DNA of 64,000 nucleotides, taken from contig OZ316896.1 in assembly GCA_973895155.1 (NCBI GenBank), positions 11,336,795 to 11,400,794 on the forward strand, given 5' to 3'. Made by a program: the position numbers and the translations under genes. Each line of letters begins with the position of its first letter. Position 1 is the first letter of the stretch. The stretch is from Marsupella aquatica (taxonomy: Eukaryota; Plantae; Marchantiophyta). Shown piece by piece: positions 12,140 to 44,470 of the stretch. The notes beneath the pieces are model-generated. The model saw only the letters and a program-made list of their open reading frames with translations, was not told the origin of the DNA and searched no databases.

Positions 12140-13013
12140 TGCCGTGAGATCGACGGTAATCGGCGAGTGGTGTGCTCCCTCCCCTTCCCAATCCCTCCCG
12201 CCGGCGTTGTTCACCCGTCTGGCCCTCCCTACCTACGGCCCTTTCTACCTACGGCTCTCTCTCTACCTACGGCCCTCTCTCGCCATGGCCCTCCCATTTG
12301 CGTGTTGGTGGGCCGAGGAGCGGTCTGGCTACCTCCTCCTCGCTCGGTCGGCCCCCTTCTTCGTCCGTAGCGTCTTTTCCTTCGGGCTCTTTCTCCGTTT
12401 CACTCTTTTGCCTTCTTTTGCTGCCTTGCTCTGTCCTTTCGTCACTTCAGTTCTTTCGAGATCTCTTCTCTTCTCGTCTCTTCTCTTCCCCTGAACGCTC
12501 TCCTCCTCTGCTCTCCCTCTCCATTGCGATCGAGACCTCATCTCGTGCTTTCGACTCTCCACTTCTTCACTTCTCCTCTCCCTGCGTGACGGATCTCTGG
12601 CGACAGATCTCTTACAGAGTTCTGCAAGGCACGGCGGCACGGCGGACAGGGGAGGAGGGCAGGGTAGGGCGAGGCGAGGCGGGAGGCGCTTGAATCGAGT
12701 AGGGGAGGAAATTCATTTGCCGGAAGCTGTTGAGGCGTTTTGCGGCTGTTGTGACGAGTTTGATTGTCGTTTGGTTTCATTTCGTCGAGGGAGGGTTTGG
12801 TGTTTGCCATCCAGCCAGCCATCTATCTATACAATCCATTCATTTGGCAAGCTGAGGTGGGAGGAGGAGGAGGAGGCTTTGTTGGCGGGGAGCCGTTAGT
12901 TTGGGGTTGTGGTGCTGTGGTGCGGTGGCCGAGAGTTGTTGAAAGCTGTCTAGGACCGTCGTGCAGTTTTTGACATCTCTGTGTGGGGTGGTTCGACTCG
13001 CGATCTTCTCACG
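12140..13013 (+). promoter_or_regulatory. CpG-rich, CT-rich core promoter / 5' leader of importin-alpha
   Basis: Abrupt switch to CpG-retaining DNA with long CT tracts (Y-patch-like) and three CTACCTACGGC copies directly upstream of the ATG. Confidence 0.55.
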
Positions 13014-16000
13014 ATGTCGCTCCGACCGAATGCCCGGACTGAGGTCCGGAAGAAAAGCTACAAGCTCGCTGTAGATGCCGACGAGGCGCGTAGGAAGCGG
13101 GAGGACAACATGGTGGAGATCCGCAAAAGCAAGAGAGAAGAAAGTCTGCTGAAGAAGAGGAGAGAGGGCATGCAGGCGCAGCAGTTGTCGTCAACCGTAC
13201 ACTCCTCTGCCACCGAGAAGAAGGTTAGCAAAGCTATCTGGGATCCGCCGTTTACTTAGCGATGGTCGCGGATGACTTTTTATCAGCGGTTATCTTGCGT
13301 AGATCATTTGTTCAGTGCATGTGGAATGGGTTAATGAGTCATGTGCCAGTGAAGTGGCCTCGTGTAGGATGCAGTCAGCGTTTTGCAGTTTTCGCACTGT
13401 CGAACTACCAGTACTGCTTGTCTGTATAGGGTTGCCGTTTCTCTCTTCGTCCTTTGTTTAATGATGTGGGCAGTCGAGGCTGGCCTCTGTCAATTCGTTC
13501 AGGGGTGATGAAGATTCATCATCTGGTTTTCGCTTGGTCAGGATTCAATAGCTCCCTCCCTGTGAGCATTCTGCATATCATTGGATGTCCAGGCCCTTGC
13601 CTCGTAGTTAGTTTTAACTTGACATGATCTCTTCGGGTAACTCTTTTAGGTTTGAAACGAGGAATTTAGTTGGATTTTTTGCGGAAAACCGGTCGTGATT
13701 TTGCCTCCCGTCCAAGCTTTTGATTTTGATTTAGGGCACACATCCCATCTCGCAATCTGGTTGCAGAAGTTTGCTAGTCTGATATGTATCGAAATGGAGG
13801 CCACTGGGTGTGGTGGTCTTGCTTGCATAAGAGATGCAAGCTTGTGGACTCCCGTCTTCTCCTTTTTTTTCCAAGCCCCGTGATTCGCCGAAAGCTTGGG
13901 ATGGACGAACCTAGAAATCACGCCGTTCCCGTCGTTAGGGTTTACGCATATTCTCCTATGAGTTACGTCTATCGAGTTCTCTCGCGTAGGATTTCAGTAG
14001 ATGGTCTTGTCATTGCATTGATCTGAATCTGATGTCTTATCTTTGTATTGGTTAAGTATTGTTTGCCGTTCTCTGAAGTTTGGTCGAATTTTTTTCTTTT
14101 TTGGTGGAATGTAGTTTAAACGTTCTGCTTTCCTGTTCTCTGTATAGCAGTTGGAGAGTCTACCAGCAATGGTCGCTGGTGTATGGTCTGAAGATGGTGC
14201 TGCACAGCTGGAGGCGACTACACACTTCAGGAAGCTTTTGTCTATTGGTGCGGTAGTTACCTTCCCCGCGGGATTTCTGGTATTCAGTTGTTCGATTAGT
14301 GTGAATTTCTGCTGCTCGAAATGTCTCGGATTCTGATTGTTAGCTTGGATGAGTTCTTGCACAATACTTAACTCCGGTTAATCAAATTTCAGAACGAAGC
14401 CCTCCTATCGAAGAGGTCATAGCAGCAGGAGTGGTGCCTCGGTTTGTGGAATTCCTTGTCAGACAAGACTTTCCGCAGTTGCAGGTATTGATGATCTCTA
14501 ATCGTCCATCTCAATTCTTTTTATTACGACATGATCGTGAGGACCCGCACATATTTAGGTCTGATTCTCACGTCGGGGTTTAGAATCCTGAGCCATTCTT
14601 GTTCATGTGCGTTGTCCACGACTGTAATATGTTATTCGTGAACCCTTCGTCATCGAAAAGTCTCGATAATTAGACATGGCATGCCCATCAGTACGATAAT
14701 TTTGCTCATTAATAAATCGAGTGGATCTGTTCTTTCCTCCATTTACACCTTCTGGATCACTCTCTGATTTCATTCGGCCTTCTGCAGTTTGAAGCTGCAT
14801 GGGCGTTGACGAACATTGCATCGGGAACTTCAGAGCACACCAGGGTCGTCATCGATCATGGAGCAGTTCCGATCTTCGTCCAGCTTCTTAGTTCTCCTAG
14901 CGATGATGTTCGTGAGCAGGTAATTTACCTTCTAAAATCTCAGCATGATCCTCATGAATCTTTGGGGACGAAGCGTCTCATCATTTGTGAGTGATCTTTT
15001 GGCAGTACCTAAGGTCGTCGTTCCAGATCTGACGTATCTCGGAACTCGTCCATTTGCAGGCTGTTTGGGCTCTTGGAAATGTTGCTGGTGATTCCCCTCA
15101 GTGCCGGGATCTCGTTCTTGGTCACGGTGCTCTCATGCCGCTATTGAACCAGCTAGCTGACAATGCCAAGCTTTCTATGCTGAGGAATGCAACATGGACT
15201 CTTTCGAATTTCTGTCGGGGCAAACCTCAACCACTCTTTGAGCAGGTAAGTTTGTTTTGCTACGACTAGAATTTAATGCTCTCAGATTGCTGACCTTGGT
15301 TGTCCTAACTTAATTTCATGAGTACTGTGTCTGGTCATGTCCTAATTTCCACTTTCTGTTGTGAACAGTCCAAACCTGCTCTACCAGCGTTGCAGAGGTT
15401 GATTCACTCTTCTGATGAGGAAGTTCTTACGGATGCCTGCTGGGCACTGTCGTATCTATCTGATGGGACAAACGACAAGATTCAGGCTGTTATCGAAGCT
15501 GGGGTCTGCCGACGCCTTGTGGAGCTGCTTTTGTAAGCATTGGTTGCTTTGTACATAGCTGGTTTGCTTAGTGAGTTAATTTCTCTTTGCGGTTTGGGAC
15601 TTCACGAGTTAGTCGGTGACTTGTGTTTTCTTGTTTTGGGTTTCCTCCTGAGAGGCAAGGCATAGACCCATTTTTGGAAATGGAATGGAGCTGTCGAAGT
15701 TGTACGTTATTCTTACTCCTTTTGCTCGTCTTCCAGGCATCCATCTCCATCTGTTCTCATTCCTGCCCTGAGAACTGTTGGGAATATTGTCACCGGTGAT
15801 GATCTGCAGACACAGGTAGCGCACACTTATTGGTACTTTTATCTATTACTGGGTTTTTTTTTGATCCCGAATGAATTAAGAGAATTCTCAGATATCAGCT
15901 CTATAACTTTATGAGCTAAGGATTGACGCGATCCGTGCAGTTTAATATTTACATTTATTGAGTTATGTTGGTGTGGTGCGTTGCAGTTCATCATCAACAA

Positions 16001-16862
16001 TCAGGCCCTGCCTTGTCTTCTCACGCTTCTGACTCATACTCACAAGAAGAGCATTAAGAAGGAAGCTTGCTGGACTATATCCAACATTACTGCCGGCAAC
16101 AAAGATCAGATTCAGGTAGAGCGTTTTTATGAGATTTATATTTGCGATTAGTCCCCTAATTAACGTGACGAGGAATTATTTTTGTTTGTCATATTTTTCC
16201 TTTAACTACTTGCTAACAATAGTTTGTTCTATTGCCCGGTGCACAGGCCGTTATTGATGCCAACATCATTCCACCTTTGGTCCAACTTTTGGCGACAGCA
16301 GAGTTTGATATTAAAAAAGAAGCTGCTTGGGCCATCTCTAACGCAACATCTGGTGGTACACATGACCAGATCAAGTGAGTAGTCTGCTTTGGAAAGCCCT
16401 GATGGTAGCTTTCTTGCCTGTCGATTGCGATTTTGTTCATTGACTTGTGCTTCAGGCTCCTTGCTGACTATGGGTTTATGTTGCAGATACCTTGTGAACC
16501 AAGGATGCATCAAGCCGCTCTGTGACCTCCTCACTTGCCAAGATGCTAGAATAGTCACGGTTTCCCTCGAGGGTCTCGAGAATATTCTCAAGGTTGGAGA
16601 GGCAGAAAAGGACTTGGGCTCAACTGGTGGTATCAATTTGTATGCTCGTTACATTGATGAAGCTGAAGGTCTTGAGAAGATCGAGAATCTGCAAACGCAT
16701 GACAACAACGAGATTTACGAGAAGGCTGTGAAGATTTTAGAGACATACTGGTTGGAGGATGACGACGAAACCTTGATTGCTGCGGGTGATCAGAGCCAGC
16801 CTGGTTTCCAATTCGGTGGAAATCAACCTTCAGTTCCTTCTGGTGGCTTCAACTTTGGTTAA
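13014..16862 (+). CDS. IMPA: Importin subunit alpha (karyopherin alpha; IBB domain + ARM repeats), spliced, 10 coding exons, ~530 aa
   Basis: IBB domain [42 protein letters not shown]; ARM motifs [65 protein letters not shown]; C-terminus GGFNFG. Exons with GT-AG introns: 13014-13223, 14151-14247, 14393-14484, 14788-14919, 15060-15245, 15369-15532, 15737-15815, 15987-16115, 16247-16374, 16487-16862; total 1593 nt, in frame. Confidence 0.97.
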
Positions 16863-19564
16863 GAGGTATCTGCTGGTCCCTTATGGCAAATGTGACAAGG
16901 GCAGTGTTTTACAGTCGGCATGATCCAGTCCAGAGTTTTTTTGATATGTAAATTTGCATTGAAGGAAAAGAGTGCTTGCGTACTTTTGTAGGTGTCCCCA
17001 GGAAAAGAGTGCTTTCGATCTTGAAGATGTTTAGTTTAGGAGGCATTATTCGCAGTAGCTATTAATTTTGTGAAACTAAGTTACCTTACTTTGCTATTTC
17101 CAGGTTGATCTGCTCGACGACAGTGCCCACTGTCCATTTCTCAAGTGTGGTGTGAGGAAGTCGAGGGGAATATTGGACACAGGTGCCCAAAGACATTGAA
17201 TACCTCTCTGGCTCTGCCGATATTGGTGTCTACTGACAGTTGCGTCCTAGTCCAACATCTGGCCCGTCAAAATGGTCAGTTATGGCGTGTTTGCCGATGT
17301 AGGACTAATTGCTGTCCAACACAACTACTGGGTTCAAGCAACGGATCTGGTGAAAATCTCCAGATACTGCTGCCTGATGGTACTAGTCTGCATGTGCTGC
17401 ATATACTGCATCCCTTCAAGAACGTACATGGATGTCCAGAGTAAGAAGTGCAGCAGGCCTTGAATCGTGCATTGTTGCTACCATTCTTGCTCACAGTAGC
17501 TCTTCGACATTGCTCGCCTTGAAATTGGCATGCATCTCATCTTACCTTCCGGTGCTACAGTTACTGTTGCACTGGCTGTAATCTGTTAGCTGAATTAGCT
17601 TAACAGAGGCATGACACCGGTGGCTGAGCCTTCCGGTTCACTGACTACTGCCCATTGCTGGTCTTTTCATGGTGGTTATATGACCCCGTGTGACCTTTCC
17701 CCCTAAATGGAGCTCATGTCTGCTTGAGTTCTCTTCCTGTACTCTGTTGACAGAGTTTATGCCCATGTACTTGTCTAATTGACAAGTGCGCGCATGTAAC
17801 TGCCACAAGTTATGGTCTGGTGGAGCTGCGTGCTGCTTTGTTTTGACTAACTTGTAAATTTAACAAGTTACACTATTATGTACCGTGCATGGACATTCCT
17901 GTTCCGCTCGTCTTGCCAAATATAGAGATTGTGGGTCTACCTCATTAGTGCCTTTACTTCAGAACCTTTAGCACTGGTCAGAGTGGCGCTGCAGCTATAT
18001 GGCAGATTCAGTGTAGTATTTGCTACTAGTAAGCTAATTGTGAGCCCACTCGGACTGGTTAGTTGCAGTATGCATCTCTCTAGGTTAAACATTGCGTAAG
18101 CTCCGGGGAGGTTTGTTGAGATAAGGTTGGTTTGCATCAGTCAATACCTTCTTACTGTGATCTCAACTATTACCCAAAGTCCAATATTTGTGACTTAAGA
18201 TTATTCACAACAGTGAATTGTAGGCTGGTGGTAGCTACAACGGCTACTTGTCATACTGATGGGTGCAGTTTGCTATAGGGTTTCATGGAGTCGGCTGTGT
18301 CAGAGTTCTCAAGATCCAGGTGTATGACCGGACAGCCCATGTGCATACAAGACTGCTTGTATTCGAATTGATGTAATCGGAGGATGATACTGGTTAAGAG
18401 TTAAATGCTGAGAATTCTAAGTTTTGTCTGTTGATTATCTTTCCTCGATACAGTCAAAAAGAAATTGCGGCCAAGTACCTGTGAGATATGTGTAGGCAGG
18501 CTTAATGGGTACAAAAGTTGATGTGAAAGTAAATCTCCCCTGAAGCTACTTGGTTTTGTCCACGAAATGTTATTTTATCCTTGTGTAGGAACTGTTCCAC
18601 TGATAGAGTTTTCATGGGACCTCGTTTTTGTCTGCTTCTGTACTTTCTGTAGGTCTAGGCCGATTATTGAAAATTAAATTCTTCAGAATTAGTCACTGGT
18701 GAATCATTCGTTTTTGGGAGAGGGTGGTGGTGGGAGTCAATCTCCCAGAATCCAGTCTTTCGGGCTGACTGGGTCAGTACACATGCGTGTCGACAGCGTC
18801 CTCGGCACTAACATATCCATGCTCACTAGGTTAGTGCAAACCACGACAGGTATCGGTTGGAGCGGTATACCAAGATCCATCCCACGAAAATCTCGAAGCA
18901 ACCGAAGTTCTCGGGAAACTCTGGTTTTAGAAAGCACTCTGGTTTTAGAAAGCGCTCTTACACTACTTGTCGCAGGCAGCGCTTCGGTTCTCTGGAAAAA
19001 AGGGAAAAGCCATGCTCATCGGCGATGGACTTTTTGGTCCTGGTCACTTCATATCATAGTATTTGTCACCTTTTTTGCGGTGAGCAGGAGACTTGAACCC
19101 CGAAATTCATGAGCAGTCACACGAACCTGTCCATAACTTCGGGGATGCATTATAAATGTCATCACTGTAAGTCCTGTTGAGCGAATGCTTGATCAGTGGG
19201 CTGTCATTCTTTCAAGAGAGAAACATCTCATTAGATAATCGATGGTATGAACTTCACATGCAATGCGACACAAGCGCGGGAAACCTACGCTGAAGGTAGA
19301 AGTGGAAGTCGCCCTGTTTATCGAGTGCCCTAGACTGAGACGTGCAGGAGAACGTGCTTTCCTTTGAACTTGTCCGCTTGACCTAAACATCCTAAAATAT
19401 CATTAGCGTGCAAACTTTCACTTGCTTGACCTAAACATCCTAAATATCATCAGCGCGCATTGCTGTAACTCAACTCCGGACAGAAAACCCATTTACGTCC
19501 CGGACAAAACCACTATGGGCTACCAAAATACTGAACCCCCTATAGTGTGGTAACTATGGCACCC

Positions 19565-19665
19565 CTTGTTATGAGTTTACACTATGAGTTTGTCTTTGTG
19601 GTGGGTTTACACTATGAGGTGGTGTTTATGGTGAGTTGACACTATGAGTTTGTCTTTATGGTGTT
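19565..19665. repeat. Short tandem repeat, ~29-bp unit, ~3 copies
   Basis: gtttacactatgagtttgtcttt(g/a)tggtg repeated. Confidence 0.75.
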
Positions 19666-20287
19666 CGAGTCAAGTAACACTGATTTCTGTTGGGTTGTCC
19701 GAATGGATTTTCTTCACTTTTGTTTAAGTTGCTAGTAAAAGTCTATATCTTGAATCCAATGTAACACTAATTCTTTTGAATTCTTTTTCCTGTACAATAG
19801 TAACATTAACTCTTGTGCGTGTAAAAAGTGTTTAGGGTTTAGTAAAACCTTGCGGAACTCAAGCCCATTCCTGAACTTTATAATGAGATCTGAGTAATTT
19901 GATACCCCTAATTACATTACTCTCCCATTTTCCCATTCTCCTATGGGAGCACTGCAGTTGCTACTGACCAGTGTGTGTGGTGATGGCCAAACACCTTGTC
20001 CTGCTTGTCTATTTCACGAACAAAGCTTTGATATCCCATTATTAAACAAACCCAGACTCTTTGTTTGGGTTACAAATGAAGCTTTGGCCTCCTTTTAATT
20101 ACACCACCCACACTCTCAGATCCCATGTTTGTGTGGGGCCATCGGACTCGGCACTGAGGAGTCTGTGGAGAGAGACCCAAACACCATGTTGAGTTGTATG
20201 AGTCAGAGTATTCCTACTGGTCATGCTGTTCGTGACCTGGTATCTGCAGTTGTCTTGGCAGACTGTCCGGACCTAATCTCCACCAGT

Positions 20288-20366
20288 TGACAAGTTAACA
20301 TAGACGAGAGACCAGTAAACATTGACAAGTTAACATAGACGAGAGACCAGTAAACATTGACAAGTT
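20288..20366. repeat. Perfect ~34-bp tandem duplication
   Basis: ttgacaagttaacatagacgagagaccagtaaac present twice plus a partial copy. Confidence 0.9.
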
Positions 20367-20624
20367 ATGTCTGCATAAATAAAGAAGTTTAAATGATTGA
20401 TGCTGTTCACCTTCGTGCACTGGGTGGGGGCTACTGTTGAAACCCTTCAATCTGGTGTGGGTGAGGCACCTTCCAAGCCAGGTTGGGCAAAGCCCAGGTT
20501 AAAATTTTCCATGGCCTGATGAGGATCTAATGAGAGCTTTGGTGAGCACCTCTTGCTAAAGCCACTGTTAGTCAGCCATTCCCAACAAGGGGGTGGCAAT
20601 GCCTCTTATGGTCTGTTTACACAT

Positions 20625-21290
20625 CCTAGTTACAGACTCTTGGTTTGGGTTACGGGTGAAACACTAACACCCCTTAATTCCAGACTCTACAGATGAAGCT
20701 TTGACACCCCCTAATTCCAGACTCTACAGATGAAGCTTTGACACCCCCTAATTCCAGCATCTTTGTTTGGGTTACAGATGAAGCTTTGACAACCCCTAAT
20801 TCCAGACGCTTGGTTTGGGCTACAGATGAAGCTTTGACACCCCCTAATTATAGGCTCTTGGTTTGGGCTACACATCAAGTTTTGACACACTCCTTAATTC
20901 CAGCATCTTTGTTTGGGTTACAGATGAAGCTTTGACAACCCCTAATTCCAGACGCTTGGTTTGGGCTACAGATGAAGCTTTGACACACTCCCTAATTAAA
21001 GACTGTTGGTTTGGTTACAGATGAAGCTTTGACACCCTGATTCGAGACTCTTTGGTTGGGTTACAGGTGAAGCTTTGACACCCCCTAATTCCAGACTCTT
21101 TGGTTTGAGTTACAGATGAAACCTTGACACCCCATAATTCCAGACTCTTGGGTTGGGCGACAGGTGAAGCTTTGAAACCCCCTATTTATAGACTCTTGGT
21201 TTGGGTTACAGATGTAGCTTGACACCTCCTAGTTACAGACAATTGGTTTGGGATATAGATGAAATTTTGACACCCCCCTAATTACACCAC
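20625..21290. repeat. Minisatellite of ~14 x ~48-bp units abutting the BEACH promoter
   Basis: Consensus acagatgaagctttgacacccccta-attccagactcttggtttgggtt; outlying copies at ~19900 and ~20020-20130. Confidence 0.95.
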
Positions 21291-21751
21291 CGCTCACCCC
21301 CGTCCAGTTTCCCAGATTCCCATGGGACCGTGACAGTCTCTGTTGACGAGGGTGGGGGGAGACCCTTCGTCTTCTTCTGCGCTAACAGAGGAAAACACAT
21401 TCATTGCGAGCTGACGAAAGAATTGCAATCTGGTCGATCTTTCGCTCTAGTCTCAACTCTTTTCGACGCTGCTCTGTTTTTTGCGTTGATCCCGACACTC
21501 ATTTGGTTCTCAGCGTACCGAATTGAAGTCCTTCGATACTTCGATCCACAGTCCTGTACTCTGCTGTGCGAGTTCGCTCTTGTGGTCAGGTTTGCCCCGC
21601 CCTGTCCTTGTCATCGTCTGCTCTGCTCTCTGCTCTCTGTCACCGTCTTTTCAGCGCTTCTGCTCGACATTGCATCGCGACGCATTGATATAATTGAGTC
21701 AGTTGATGAGAGTAGGATTCGTTGCGTTGATCTGGTGCGGATCCCGAGTGC

Positions 21752-21942
21752 GTGAGTGACACTGCGAGTACGGGACCTGTTGTTACGAAGTATTGTGTTG
21801 TGTTGTGTTGTGTTGCGTTGTGTTGTGTTGTGGTGTTGTGGAGTGGACGAGTTTGTTTGCCTGTTACTTCGTTTCGAAGGTTTGACTGACAGATGTGGTC
21901 GTCTTGCTGCTGCTGCTGGTACTGATTTTGCTCGTGTTGCAG
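21752..21942 (+). other. Probable 5'-UTR intron of the BEACH gene
   Basis: GTGAGT donor at 21752 and TTGCAG acceptor ending at 21942, just upstream of ATG 22036; preceded by a pyrimidine-rich leader (21360-21750). Confidence 0.55.
21793..21840. repeat. (TGTTG)n microsatellite
   Basis: ttgtgttgtgttgtgttgtgttgcgttgtgttgtgttg visible directly. Confidence 0.9.
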
Positions 21943-22035
21943 AGTGTCGAATTTTTCTTCGGATTGGATGAGGCTCTCATTGGCAGCGCCCCCACGCGAC
22001 CTCAGCAAGGTGCCGCTGCTGCTCGTCGTCCTGTG

Positions 22036-41609
<19,574 letters not shown>

Positions 41610-42526
41610 AAAGTGAAAGGCGTGACCCTGAGAGACTTGCTCTTGTCCCCGAGTAGATAGAAAATTTTGGGCGATACCTTCTTAGCAATACATTGTAACA
41701 TCTAAGCATTTCTCCAACTTCAATTCATTTTTTCAGGACTGAACTTGCTCTAACCAGTTCCTAGTAAAGTAGCCTGTCACACAATTGTACAGACATCACA
41801 GAGAGTTAATCGCCAGGTTTCGAATGTTATCCTACGTGAAATTATTTGTTACTGAAGCAATAAAGACTGACTGCGGTCTGATTATCGAGATTCTTAGATC
41901 TTGAAGGCTATCAGATGCTCACATAAATGCAATTTACAAGCTGTCCTTGAAATGGATGACCATATGTTGCCTGGAATTTTTCGTGCACTCATCATCTCTA
42001 TTGGAGGAATGTCGTTGGAATGTTCAGCGGGGTGTTGAACAGTATCCCATCTTGCACGTCAAGGATTTTTCGCCCTCTGTAGATGGAGTCGATTTCCACT
42101 AAGCTTCTGCTACGTGTCCCACCCAGTTCCTGAATGAAAAGATGCCTGGCAGCTGTTCACCTTATCGTCTGGAGCAAGAAGTGGAGCTGAATGCTTAGAG
42201 GAACCCCAGCCATCAAACTTGAACGGAAAGGTCTCTTGGCTGGTTACAGTCAGGGTTCCAGGGGACATCAGAGAAAACGATCCACTGTACATATTCTATT
42301 TACAACTGGTTTCAGCTCTATCTCTTTCTCTATCAGGTAAACTTTGTTCCCTTCAAAGCGGCTGTTGCACTCGCCCAACGAGACCAATTTGAGGTGCCCA
42401 AAAGTGTATTCCTCTGCTGAAGCTGCACAATGACTTCTCTCTATTTGTGTCCTTCACTCACTTTGTTGAATCACTTACAACCTGTCCATTTTTTTGACCT
42501 TGAAAACTAAAAGGAGACCCATCCAA

Positions 42527-42660
42527 TGGAGGATAGATGTTCTACTTTGGAGCATGCACCACTATAGAGGAGCCCACAAGGGGGGAAGCAGACTCGCCCC
42601 AATAGAGGATAGATGTTTTACTTTGGAGCATGCACCACTGTAGGGGCCCACAAGGGGGGA
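42527..42660. repeat. ~78-bp tandem duplication
   Basis: gaggatagatgtt.tactttggagcatgcaccact.tag..gcccacaagggggga present twice. Confidence 0.85.
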
Positions 42661-44154
42661 TGATACCCAGGATAGGATGGAACAATAACACTTCCTTGCC
42701 TCACCCACACTTCTTTATCTCACCTTTGACATTACTATGAAACTCACAGGCATCGCCACACCATCGACAACTTCAATGCAAAGCAGGTTGCAAAGGTCGC
42801 ATGACTATTTGCGCGAGTCCTTTTTGCATAATGAATGCAAAATTGAAGCTCCAACTGATGGAGTCACACGTACACTCTCTAGTCTTATTTTGGGTGAGTC
42901 TACATTCACTGGAGGAAGCTTTCTGTCAGTTGTACATCAGTTCTTCCAGGAGCCACAGGGGATGAATTGCTCAGCTAAAGCTAAAGAAACTGCATGATTC
43001 CTGATTAATGAGGCTGAATGGCCAAATTAATCCATTTTGACAAAGTTTTGTGTGATCTTTGATCTGATCTAATCAAAAGTCGAAAGCTGCCTACGGCAGC
43101 ACTCAAGCAAACAATTTGACCTGGTCAAACTTTCACTGATTTGGAGTTTCACCCGTACTTAACGGGTCTTGATTTGGAGTGGATTAAGACCATTTGGACT
43201 CTACAAATTCTCAATCTTATGCTGCATGCTCTGAAATTTGAAAAGGAGCTCAATGCTCATCTGGTTTAGTAAACAATGCTGAATGAACTGAACTGGTCTT
43301 GAATCGTGATGCTCAGCTCCCTTGTAAAAATGGGCAGCAAGAAAGTCACTCTGGAGAATGCAATGCCATGATTCTCTACAAGGGGATTAGCACTGGCAGG
43401 AGATGGGTTGACTCAAGTACATCTATTTACACCACGTCCCACAACCTGCTACAATGGATAGAGTACCTGCTGGAACTACCATAATAAAGCCTTGTAACTT
43501 GTACCCACGTCATATTTCAGTGAGGACTGTGACCAGTGTACGTTACCAAAGTCAAATTTGGTGAAAAGTAGAGGTCCATCCTGGTTGCAAAGTCCATGGG
43601 GGAGAGATTTGACAAACATGAGGGCCCATCTGGGCTTCATTTTCTAGTGAGTGGAGAAACAGAAGGAATAAAAGGAGGGCAATCAAGGGAAAAGGGAAGA
43701 GCAGAAGTTGATCCTCAATGGACCTAGTAAACATTTGACCTTGGGACTCATAGACCCACCCTAGACCAAGCACGTTTTTTGACACCCTAAATAGTCAACT
43801 TGCATGACTTCCAAGAGAAAATGTTATCTGAGTAACATGTAACATGTCAGGGTGGTCCTGGTGGGTTGGAGTGGGGTTTGAGCATCTTGTCAAACATTGT
43901 GGTCCATGGGAGCTAAGCATGCTAATTAAGCAGATTTGTAGCTGTGTGAATAAAATAATATAGACAGTGCAAACGAACAAAATGGCCTAACTGGGAGAGG
44001 GTCCCATGTAGAAAAGGTAGCAGGTATCTGTTGCACTAGAGAGGCTTAGGTATTCACTATTCTGAGGAGGGCTGACCTCTTCACCTCTTGATTGTCCTGA
44101 CCTAATTTCTCTAGCTTCTTGACCTTCCTATGCAATCTATTCCTAACTAGTCAA

Positions 44155-44470
44155 CGCACAAAAGATGTTGAGATGAGAAAAGATGTCGAGGTGAAAAAAA
44201 ATTGTCGATCAAAGAAAAAGATGTCAAGGTGAGGAAAATATATTGAGGTGAGAAAAAAATTTGGGGAGAGGAAAGATGGCAAGGTGAGAAAACGATGTCA
44301 AGGAGAGAACGGATGTAGAGAGTGAGGAAATATGTCATGGTGAGATACAAATGTCAGTGACAAAAAGATGGCAAGATGAGAAAAAGATATTAAAGATATC
44401 AAGGTGAGAAAAGATTTTGAAGTAAGAGAAACATATCAAGGTGAGAAAACATCTAGATGAGAACAAAAGA
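44155..44470. repeat. Degenerate purine-rich minisatellite, ~19-bp unit
   Basis: gagaaaaagatgtcaaggt-like unit repeated many times. Confidence 0.8.

Noticed and set aside
20625-21290. CRISPR-like appearance of the regular repeat arrays (also 6.5 kb and 45.5 kb)
   Set aside because: Units are contiguous with no unique spacers, there are no cas genes, and the context is eukaryotic.
21895-22035. Signal-peptide-like N-terminus ([15 protein letters not shown]) on the 1038-aa ORF
   Set aside because: Starts at GTG and overlaps the pyrimidine tract and acceptor of a probable 5'-UTR intron; the first ATG is 22036.
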